A stretch of 64,000 nucleotides of DNA from Lepidodermella squamata (taxonomy: Eukaryota; Animalia; Gastrotricha), in NCBI GenBank assembly GCA_047495785.1, contig JBLDXI010000007.1, positions 744,001 to 808,000 on the forward strand. The letters run 5' to 3'. This document shows, piece after piece, positions 54,082-64,000 of this stretch. The notes beneath the pieces were generated by a model. That model worked only from the letters and a program-made list of their open reading frames with translations, had not been told where the DNA came from and searched no databases. The position numbers and the translations under genes are program-made. Numbering within the stretch: position 1 is the stretch's first letter; each line of letters opens with the position of its first letter.

Positions 54082-54959
54082 CAATTTCCCTATTACTGAA
54101 TATAAATACCTATCTTTGTGAGATGTGAGGTAATCGATAATCAGTAAGAATGAATTTTCTAGACAAATCTGTTGCGCATGAAGGACGCCGGGAAAAGGAA
54201 AGTGTTGTGAACAATTACATAAGATTTCCCATATCAGCGGTCGGGATCAATCGGTTGAAGCTGCGACGAGTTGATATTGGGAGCAGAGAGGCGAGCGGCT
54301 TAATCCCTAAAGCTTAAAGACTCGGGACTGTTAGATTCATTGATGAGGTTCTCAAATCCGGTTGTGACCAAGCTCTCGGGTCACAAAAGATTTATCAGTG
54401 CGAAAACAACGAACAAAGCGAATGAATTATGGACGGCAGACTTATTTATTTTGACACAACTTGACTGATACTTTTCGCAGAAAAGCTGTTGATTATTCAA
54501 ACCGTAAATGACCCTGGCACTTGACAAATGGCACAATCGTGCTGAGTGCGAGATGAGTCCGTGGAAGTAGCCCGTGTAGGACGGGGAAACAAATCAGAAC
54601 TCGAGTCTAGATGATAGCATGTTGGTCCTAACAAGAGCTGATAATCGGCTTTATCGGATATGACAGCCAAACATTGAGGCACGTGAGGCACAGGTTGGTG
54701 AAAGATGCTCGAGGCGCTTTCCGATTTTCTAATCACTGTACCTTTGCAATTTATTGATATATAGACATTCAAATATGCAGAATCTAATCAGGCGTAAAAA
54801 CAAGGATGGGTTAAACAAATTATCAGAATACACAGTAACATTTGAAGAGGTTCGCATATGCGTCAATGGAGCGAAATCGATAATTATTAATCCCATGCAG
54901 ACAGCAACTCCATTCATACCCACATCTAAGGAACAAATACTGAACTGGCTGAGATTTCA

Positions 54960-57278
54960 TCAACTGTCGAATCCTATTTCCTCGGCGGATATGCATCTGC
55001 TGCCCCAGTATACAAGAGGGCCAAACAGAAATATCGGTAGCAGGACAGATATCGCAAGAGAAATGAGAAATGTTGCTGAATCGATTTTGTAGGCGACCTC
55101 CAGCCACAAACAAGCATTTCGAGCTTGCCATTGGCTCACCTGCATTGTCAAACGATGCCGACTTCTCTTAGCTTCTCTACCTGAAGATGATGACGTTCGT
55201 CGCCTGGAGTAAGCAATCTTCCGGCGTGGGGGAGGAACCTTTTCCAAAGCAGAGGTTCTTTGATTGAAAACATTACCCCTCAGGGTGAAATCCTGATGCG
55301 GCTTCTCTATAAATGCACTTTCATTCTCAGAGGGTTCGTCTTCAGGGTTTACGCGACTGTAGACATTGAGCCCAGGCTTGACAATCGAAGCGAGGCTAGA
55401 CTTTTCATTCACGGTTGTAGCAGCTAATAATGTTGCGGCTTGCTCATAGCATTCTCTATCATTGCATTCAGGGCAGTTGAGCTGTTCCGATTGGCAGTAG
55501 CTCTCGGAATTCTCCGCAAAGCGACTTGCTCTCCTCATCCAAACGACATCTTTACAACTTTCATGGATAGTCTCTGTCAGTTCGCCATGACACGTCAGAA
55601 GCCTAGCCCTCTCTTCCGATGACATTGGCAGAATACATGGTGTTTCCTCGATTCTTGGAATTGATTGTAATCGCTTCTTTTTAATGGCGTTGCAAATCTC
55701 CTCGGCCTCGTCCAAATCAGGATGAGATTTTGGCAACTCACGCCATAACAGCGGTAAGGATTTTAGCATACGATAGAACAGCCAATTCGGGGGAGTCTGG
55801 TACGTTTTGAACATTCGCTCGACGAGGACCGATTCGAAGATGCCGATAGTCGAAGTGATAATCAAGGCAATGATGTATTTGCTCAGCGATGTAACTGCAT
55901 CGCTAGTTTTCGGCAACTCTTCTGTGACTATTGTCTGGAACACAACCAAGGTAAGAAGATTGGTCGTGCTGAAACCGATTCGATCAGCTGTAGTATCTGT
56001 TGAGCTGATCCAATAGACTAAAAGTTGAATCAGCGACAAAGTAACGCACTACAAAATTTCGAAATAATTTCAATTTCAAATGAGGTTTTTTTAATAATTA
56101 CCGGAAAAATCAGGTTTACGACGTAGAATGTCGATTTACGTCTGACCGTTATATCGAAGCGAACTCGAGTAAAGGTTTCATTTGTATGGTATGTGTGGTC
56201 GTATGTCTGAATCGATTATGGTAATTAGAATATCCTCCGATACAAAAAATCAAAGATCTTACGACAGAGTCCAACTTGCAAATGGTCCACAACTGAGATT
56301 TGAAACCTTTATCGAGCTAACAATGAAAATTTGGATAATTTGTAAATATAATAATAGGGAAATTTACGAGAATTTTGCTATTTCCGTCAAAGGTCATGAA
56401 GTCGTGGTCAAGGCTCCAACTTTCGAATTCGAGCGAACATTGTTGAACGTCAAACGGGAAAGCAAATAGTTTCAAATCTACAACATCCCAAGAAAATTAG
56501 AACATATTTTCTCTTGAGTAATCTCAACTTACCGCACCAAGTTCGCGCAGTACCGGTTGGAACGTACCTCAACTTGACAGCATCATCGTTTTTTATTTCA
56601 AGGTTGAATGTTGGTTATGACTTACACTTCCCTCGTAGGTTAAGCGGACCAGGAACTTCGAATGTCGTGTAATTCCGTAGGGATGCTCAGCGCTGTTTGT
56701 CATCTAACAAAATAATTTGTGATCAGAATCATCCAAGAAGCCTTTAATACCGCTATGTCGGGGATTCCAACTTGCTCAGCCTCCAAAGATAATGAAGTCA
56801 AATTACCGAATTCTCCAGGTTCCCTAGATAAATCAATTACATATTGAATTCTATGAAACGGTATCGATGGGGAAACTTGACCATGATAATCTGACGTCTT
56901 GCCAGGTGATAAATACAGCAATCACGCTTTCGAATATGCCTTCCTTTTCAACCTGAACAATTTCGCTTTTAAGCTGAACACGGAATTTCGAAGGGGACAT
57001 ACCGCTCCCTTGACTTTGATTAGCAGCACATCTAGCGATATGATAAGTGGTCGAGCAAAACTTGCAGTTTTGTGATATATGGAGAATAGTCTCCAAATCA
57101 AATGATGGACATGAGACAGATTCTGATTCTTCGCGTTATTAGGTGGCAAATGGGCCTGATGTGAATTTGGGGACATTGTTGGAAAAAATTCGCTTGGTTC
57201 ATCGTGCCGAGGTAAATTGGAACATCCAGGCAGCCAGTAGATGAAGATAATTGCCGGCGCAACCACCTGCCACAGCAT
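54960..57278 (-). CDS. Divergent Cys-loop channel subunit, paralogue 3
   Basis: Nine exons with the same intron positions as paralogue 2. Signal peptide MLWQVVAPAIIFIYWLPGCS; Cys-loop CDLKLFAFPFDVQQC; M2 identical to paralogue 2. Confidence 0.92.
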
Positions 57279-58966
57279 TATTTTACCGCAGGGTAATCGA
57301 CAGTGTTTATGTATTCGTTTATTTTCTAATTTGGTCACAACATTTTATTCATCCTGCTTTTTTGTGATTCTTTTATCTTCAGCTTTAGCAATCACTCTTG
57401 CTGATCCATTAGGCTGCTTAGCAGCCATTGTTTTGGCTTATCCTTTGATCGATTGGACACTTTCAAGGTGAACCAGAGGAGGTCGGACGCTGATGTGATG
57501 CAAAATCAAATTGGACAATAACTTGAATTTTGATGAGCAGCCAAAATAATAATTATTTCATGGCGTTTTCCTGCTCCGAAAAGTGGCCTGTTCTATACAA
57601 ATGGGCGCGTGACTTGGCTCGGTTTGACTTCCCGCGACGGCCATAAAAAAGAAATGAATTATTGCTGCGCCATCGCTGTCACTTTTATTCAGTTAAAAAA
57701 ATTGGCGATGGGCCAGAATGCTGAGCTGTTTACGTTCTATATAGCTCACGGTCTGCAGTGTAATAAACACTCAGGAATTTTTTCTCCGATAAAAAGTCAA
57801 GAGTAGCACTATTATTTTTGTTTCGCTTGGAGTAAAGTCCAGAGAAAAAAATATTCGTTCAATCAGCGCAGCGTTGACACACCGCCATTGTGCTCGACCA
57901 CGCCGGAAAACGAAAGCACGCCCCGATTAAAAAAAATCCCGGCCTCATTACTATTGTTTTGCTTTGTCTTCGTGCGGGTTAGATTCCGATCTTTATCAAC
58001 AACTTTGTTTTCGTTACTTTCACCGATTCCGTGATAAAAAGAGCTCGGGCTTTATGCGCGTTATTCCAGGGTTTTTATTATCGCAATTGTTTAAACCGCG
58101 CGCTGCTGCTGCAGCTGCTGGCCTTTATATTATTTTCTTTCGCTTACCGACACCGGCTAATTTGGATGTCAAGTGTAAATTTTGCCGATGCCATGCCACG
58201 TAATCAAGTAGAAAGTAATAACTACACGCCGCGTGACCTCCTTTCGACCTAGCTTTATTATTGCCTAGTCAGCAAAGAGCAAGTGCGCAGGTCGCAATTT
58301 TCGGGCAGTAATCAATCCACCTTAAAATCATATTTATGACCAGCATCAGCGTCTAATAATCATCGCTCATTGGCAGCTGTCAAAACACGGTGCCGTACCC
58401 GAAGCTAGAAGCTACTAGTATTTTTCATTTGATAGCCGTTGCCGTAGTTTTATTACTGCGCGAACAGCTGCTGCCTGTAGTATTATTTTGTCATCTTCTA
58501 CAACATTGTTTTTATAGAAAAGGCATCATATAGCCCTGTGTGTGTGTTGTGTGTGCCTACAGTGTCTACATCTAGGCACACGAGTGTGTAGTAATAAGAA
58601 GCCTATTCATGTGAACAGCATGCATTAGAGCATGCCAATAGATAATGGGGAAAGTACGCAGTTCACGTGAACACGTGTACTTTATTAAGCCCAGTATTGC
58701 GCCACCCACTCTTGTTCGTATGCGGGTAGAAATCGAGACAAACTACACGTCAAAATAAGAAGAGAGCTATCATCTTGTCTCTTCACCTTCATGCGGAAAA
58801 TTTTTTGCTTCAATTAATACCCCTTTGATAACATTAAAGGCCAAGCCGTCATTTAAATTGATGTTGTTGTTTTTCTACTCCCCCGTTCTTTCATAATATA
58901 GATATCATTTAAAGTGAAATTCCTGAGAAGTTGAATGTGGAATAAAGTACATACGTTAAGGTCAAA

Positions 58967-60672
58967 ATGTCTTCCTCACCTGCTAATAGCTGCCTATTTG
59001 TCAGTGAACTACGTTGGTCGCCGGAGTACCACGACCGCCTCTGCAAGCTTGTCACCGATTTGGTGGCTGAATCGGCGGCCGTCGTTAATGCCGTCGAAGC
59101 TAAAGTCGTCTACTCCAATCGGCCAGGCATGAAGAATGAGCCGAACGCGGTTCGCCTATCAGATCCGCGACTTCATTTCTACAATTTATGCGACAAAGAT
59201 CCGTAAGTAATAGCGTAATAATTTTTCACTTGAATCAGCTTTTTTATACGATTAAAATAATAATCTGTCATTTTAAACAATTGCGAAAATTCTAAAAGTT
59301 CAAAGGTTGAAGGGCAATCCAAGTTAAATTTGGCAGGAATCCAATTTTTGAAATGATGCTTCATTAAGATTTCCGAGTTGATCAGGAGAAGTTGAGAATT
59401 TTTTTATTTCCGCTTTTATTAATTTTTTACTATTTTAAGGTGGAGTTTTAAAATAATGAAAAAAAATTTGTTTTTGGACTCACGGTAAATTTTGTTCGAA
59501 AATCGTCCGGAATCAAATTAAATTTATTATTTTTTCAAGATGACCTAATTTTTGACAACTAAATCAAGCTAAATGGCATACATTTTAAACAATCTGTCAT
59601 TTTTTACAGAATGTGGCTTGTCTGCTCTAATAAGGACGAAGCAATGCTTGTCCTGCGCTGTTGTCTTTCTCTGTTGCTCGAAGTTGAAGTTTGGCAAGAC
59701 GTTGAAATGCAAACCGCCCTGTGGCTAGCGACTACACTCAACGACGCTAAACTGCTTGAATGTTGCCTTCAACTCGTCCGTCACGTGATGCACCACCGCG
59801 TGCCTACGTTCATGCTTTCATCCCTCCTCCACGCCGCTATCGAAGCTAAATTTGTCGACGGCGTCCACGTGTTGCTGCGTCATGGCGCTGACCCTAGCCA
59901 CGGTTTATTCTACAGCTCAGTCACCCTAAGCCCGATCGATGAACTGCTCATGCCCGTTGTTTTCAGTTCGAGGCAAGCGCCGTACACATCGTTCGAGCCG
60001 AAACAACTCGAAATTCTCGACGTTTTAGTCGAGCGTGGCGCTAATCTGCTATCGGCGAATTTCAACGGCATGATGCCGTTACATCACGCAGGTACTGTAG
60101 CCCTCCACTCGCCGGAAGCAGCGCGGCTAATCGTCGCCGCCACCCCGATAACCGGCTATTCTTGCCTCGCGAAATCGGCTGGTTGTCGTTACTCACCGCT
60201 TGGTGTCTACTTCAAGGACGTATTCACGTTGACAAATCTCCGGCTAGAAGACCACGCCCGAGTGATTTCCTGCGCAATTCTGCCGCTCATTCGAGCCGGC
60301 GCCATGTTAGAACCCGATTTCCTCCAGCCTAACACGCAACCGTTCGATAAATTGTGTAAATTTTTACTGCGGCTCCTGAGCCAAGGCGATGCGGTCAGCG
60401 CTCGTATCTGGCTGCAGCTTTTGATTGATGCGCGTCGCAGGCGCAGTTTACCCCCGGCCGCGGTTAGCTACTCGGCAGAAGCTGGCCAGCAATTTGTTCG
60501 CAGTGCTTATCCAATGTCGCTGGCTGACTCGTGCCGCCAGGTGATCACATCTCGCCTGCTTGTTGGACCCGGTCCTCGCCAGGCGGCTGTCGACGGTCTG
60601 CAGCTGCCGAAGTGCCTTTCAAGTTATCTCTCTTACAAAGAATACGATACTTGTCTTCCCGTTATCGACTAA
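58967..60672 (+). CDS. Ankyrin repeat and SOCS box (ASB-like) protein
   Basis: Exons 58967-59202 and 59610-60672. Ankyrin-like TALWLA, LLHAA...VLLRHGADP and LVERGAN...PLHHA; C-terminal SOCS box PMSLADSCRQVI...VDGLQLPKCLSSYL. Confidence 0.85.
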
Positions 60673-60888
60673 GCAGATCCGACAGTTTGACCGCTCTCTC
60701 AAAGCTATATTATACGCTCATCTGAAGAATTAGGTCACCTTCAGCACTTCAAACGCGATAATAATAATAATATAATTTTTGTTTCGCTTTCTGATAAAAA
60801 CCCCGTAATGATGGTCTTAAAAGATGTGCTGATGTTGTGTAAAATGCGAGTTTGAAAAATCAATAAAACATTTGTTTTGCAAGAAATC

Positions 60889-62253
60889 TCACAATTTATT
60901 TTTGAAATATGATCGTTTTCGAATGAACTCGAAGCCAGGTCTTAAATCGTGGGGGCATTTATCAATCAAATCCAGCCGCCTTGTATGAGCTGTCTGAGCT
61001 GAAGATCGATTTGAGAAATCGATTCCCTCGAAAACCCACTCGTATGGGTTCAGTTGCTTTCGATCAACATCTCGGCAATAATCCGGCTTAGGAATTTGAT
61101 TTTCTTTCGTATCGCTGTCTCTAATAGCAAAGCAAATGCCGCTTCGAAGAAGTTGAGGTAGCGAGTCGATTTCTGTGACAAAATTTTCGTAGGTCCAGTG
61201 AACAGCTAGATGCGGACTGAGTCGATGGAAAAAATGTAGAGGAATCTCTGCATCCTCCGGCTCGGCGATCTGCCCGACTACAACACCCCGCCAGCCGGGT
61301 TCGACCTCGTCGATAATCCAATAATAGTCATCCCGCTTGTAATACCACAAATAGGCACACATGATGTTGAATTGCGAGTAATAACGGCCACCACGAAGGA
61401 CATCAAAAGCATCGTTGAAGGTTTGAACTGTTTCGCTATCACGGGAGTTCGATTTGAAGCGCTCATAAACTTGATTGCGAATTAAAGGCAAGTGCTCGCG
61501 TTTTATTATAACCGGGAAATAGGACATGCATTTGAATGGCTCTGAAAAATAAAATAAAATAAACAAAATAATTATAATTTTCAACTTCAAATGAAATTTA
61601 AAACATTAATTAATACCTTTTTTGCCAATCGCAAAAAACGTTGCTTCTGGAGCTCGATCCCACCAGCTGTCTTCGCGAGGTTTGCCGTAGAAGGCTCGAA
61701 TAATCGGCCTGTAAGTCCCGTTATTTAAACGGAATAAATCTGTCCTCGTTACTCTGGTCGAAAAAACAGTGTCACTGTCAACAAAACCGACATATTCGGC
61801 CGAAGTAAAATTATCTGCCCAGAACATTATCCATTGTTGGCGGTCCCAGCCTTTGATTTCGTAATTAGTGTTGTTTTCAACGCGCAAAGTCCCGACGGCA
61901 TCACCGATGTGATCGCGAATATTTTGTATAAATTCAGCCGAGTAGTTTGCACTTTCAGTGTCGGTTACTACGACGAGTTTCGACCGGCTTTTCGGCCAGA
62001 ATAACGCGAGGGATGGGGCTAGAAATGAGCCCATTTCAGCAGCTCCTGCTAGAGTGGCGGGCAGGGGTAGAAATAGCTCGAGGTCAGGCCAGAATTCGCC
62101 TTCGCATCTCGAGAGTTTTTCTTGTCTCGCATCCCGGCGAACGACTGTGAAAATGAGGATGACAATTACGGCTGCCAAAATCAAATACTGATTTCGGGTA
62201 TTGCAAAATAGGCGCAATCTGGGCCACATATCAAAACTTAGGGCCAGTTGCAT
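60889..62253 (-). CDS. Type II membrane protein, putative GT-A fold glycosyltransferase-like
   Basis: Two exons (62253 or 62229 to ~61616; ~61541-60889). Short basic N-tail, single TM helix (YLILAAVIVILIFTVV), luminal domain with YVGFVDSD (DxD after a hydrophobic strand). Confidence 0.65.
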
Positions 62254-62478
62254 GTAAATTGCATTCGGTCATCAATGAAAGTTCACATTTCTTTCACGCT
62301 TGTTCCCTGATATATAGTAAGTCGGACATCAATTGGTGTGAATAGTTCTATTCAAATTTATCTCAATGCTAGAATGAATGTGGCCTTGTAATAATTTTCG
62401 GTTGAATAAATTAAAACTCCACCTTAAAATGTTTACTGAAATTAATTTAATTTTTAGAATCTCGAAAAATTAATCGCA

Positions 62479-63549
62479 ATGAAGGGCATTATTTTCATAG
62501 CTTTGTGCATTAATATTGTATCGTCGCAGATTTTAATGTTCGACGATCTGCTGAAGCTGCCTCGTCAGCCGATTCCAGAGAAAGACGATGATATAAAAAA
62601 CTTGTACACGTGTTTACCCGGATGCGAACTTCAGAAGATTAATAATACCTCCTGGGAATGCCGTAGTAGCGCATCGCCGAAACACGAATGGTGGGCATGC
62701 CCGCACAACGGTATGGCGCTGCACAAGACTTACGCATTGGGTGAATACAGTTCGAATGACGATAAGCCGCCCTATTTGAAGTATCCATCAACACTGCGCT
62801 ACACTCGATTCGGCTCGCCGTTATCAACAGGTTTTGACGTGTTGCGGTGCCCTTATGATTCATTAGGGCGCCGCATGAAGCGTAACTCGAAGCTGGTATC
62901 TTGGTTCAGGAATGACGGCTCAACGAACGGTGTCCCAGTGGGGCGAGATGGGAACGAAAATTATCCGGATATCAGACAACAAGGAGCAAGCCTGCTGATA
63001 TCGTCCGCGAAGAAAAGTGCAGCGTATACGGGTTATTTTTGCCAAGAAAGTAGCAGCAACAATAAATTATTCGAAGCTCATCTCGCGAATCCTGATTCAT
63101 TTTTCAAAGGTTGCAACTTCACTGCTGGACGAGCTGCATCTATTGAGGAACTGAAATACTTTTCGAACAATCGAATAACTTTTTCATGGGAAAAAGGCGA
63201 ACGAATTCGGAGTCTTTTCTATGTTATTGAATGTCAGTTCGGTATTATACGACTAGTCAAGCTGCAACCAGGCAGAATTAAACCATCGGTGATTGTCAAA
63301 TGGAGCAATCGCGATTTCATGGCGGAGGAACCAGGTATTAGTGTCGAATTGCAATATGAAAATCATCCTTGGACTTATTTCGCCGTAACATTGGATCCAC
63401 GCTTGCTAGTGATGAAGTACTTCATGCAGGAAGGCAGGACCTACGAATTTATTGCAAACATTGAAATCGTAGCAAATTTCATGAATTACGAATGGCCTAA
63501 TCAAGTGCGTTTCTTTGAGTTCTCGGCCAATTTTACCTACGTGACCTGA
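62479..63549 (+). CDS. Intronless secreted protein with probable Ig-like domain(s)
   Basis: Signal peptide; small 4-Cys N-module; Ig pattern VLRC...VSWFR...SLLISSAKK...GYFC; no TM; AATAAA at ~63586. Confidence 0.7.
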   Translation: MKGIIFIALCINIVSSQILMFDDLLKLPRQPIPEKDDDIKNLYTCLPGCELQKINNTSWECRSSASPKHEWWACPHNGMALHKTYALGEYSSNDDKPPYLKYPSTLRYTRFGSPLSTGFDVLRCPYDSLGRRMKRNSKLVSWFRNDGSTNGVPVGRDGNENYPDIRQQGASLLISSAKKSAAYTGYFCQESSSNNKLFEAHLANPDSFFKGCNFTAGRAASIEELKYFSNNRITFSWEKGERIRSLFYVIECQFGIIRLVKLQPGRIKPSVIVKWSNRDFMAEEPGISVELQYENHPWTYFAVTLDPRLLVMKYFMQEGRTYEFIANIEIVANFMNYEWPNQVRFFEFSANFTYVT

Positions 63550-63639
63550 TTAATTCTTATATTTTGTTTACACAATTGTTGCTAAAATAAATCTAGTCGT
63601 CTGTTATTTTACTATTGTTTTGATTTTGTTTATCGTCAA

Positions 63640-63721
63640 GGTAGCGTGGCCGAGTGGTCTAAGGCGCTAGATTTAGGCTCTAGTCTCTTCGGAGGCGTGG
63701 GTTCGAACCCCACCGCTGCCA
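63640..63721 (+). tRNA. tRNA-Leu(UAG)
   Basis: GGTAGCG/CGCTGCC acceptor stem, A-box TGGCCGAGTGG, anticodon arm CTAGA-TTTAGGC-TCTAG, long variable arm, GGTTCGAACCC, T-run terminator. Confidence 0.97.
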
Positions 63722-63790
63722 TCATTTTTTTCATTTTAATCTTCGAAAACTCAAAAACATTGATCCAGTGATTTATTACTTCTTCAGACA

Positions 63791-63862
63791 AGCAGAGTGG
63801 CGCAGTGGAAGCGCGCTGGGCCCATAACCCAGAGGTCTGTAGATCGAAACTACGCTCTGCTA
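63791..63862 (+). tRNA. Initiator tRNA-Met(CAU)
   Basis: AGCAGAG/CTCTGCT acceptor stem (A1-U72), GGG/CCC anticodon stem around CCCATAA, ATCGAAA T-loop typical of eukaryotic tRNAi, T-run terminator. Confidence 0.97.
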
Positions 63863-64000
63863 AATGTCAATTTTTTTTCTTTTGTCTTCACAGCTCACAG
63901 CAAGATGAATATGCTAAGCAAGCCGTTGTCTGTGTTTTTTTCAACTGCCGATGGGGGTCAGCGGCGGAAATCTATTCAACTAAACTTACCTGGCACTGGG

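Noticed and set aside
54754-55131. ORFs 54754-55092 (+) and 54823-55131 (-)
   Set aside because: They overlap the end and 3'UTR of channel paralogue 3 in other frames with no independent support.
1-62253. Non-canonical introns or an alternative genetic code
   Set aside because: All introns traced are GT-AG and join exons in frame. The W->G change in the channels uses ordinary GGN codons and Trp is TGG elsewhere.

Overview
This window is eukaryotic (animal) genomic DNA from a compact, gene-dense genome. Introns are mostly 45-70 nt, every intron I traced is GT-AG, and CpG is plentiful. The Pro-Ala-Lys pore motif of the nAChR suggests a spiralian invertebrate (inference). Receptor and neural genes dominate. 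In order: an insulin-receptor-like RTK (runs off the left edge), an intronless Homer, eIF3d, a tachykinin/luqin-like GPCR, a Ly6/three-finger GPI protein and an anion-type nAChR alpha subunit with two candidate first exons. These are followed by three paralogues of a very divergent cation-type Cys-loop channel, four tandem atypical class A GPCRs (DRY->DNY, no TM2 Asp), a Cys-rich orphan gene, an RDL/GABA-like subunit with a 1-nt frameshift, an ankyrin-SOCS box gene, a putative GT-A glycosyltransferase, a secreted Ig-like orphan, tRNA-Leu(UAG) and initiator tRNA-Met. One clean TA-flanked MITE is present. The best candidate for something undescribed is the pair of interleaved, locally duplicated receptor families that have lost canonical ligand or activation motifs, possibly a lineage-specific sensory receptor locus. 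Gene models were assembled by eye and no database searches were run.
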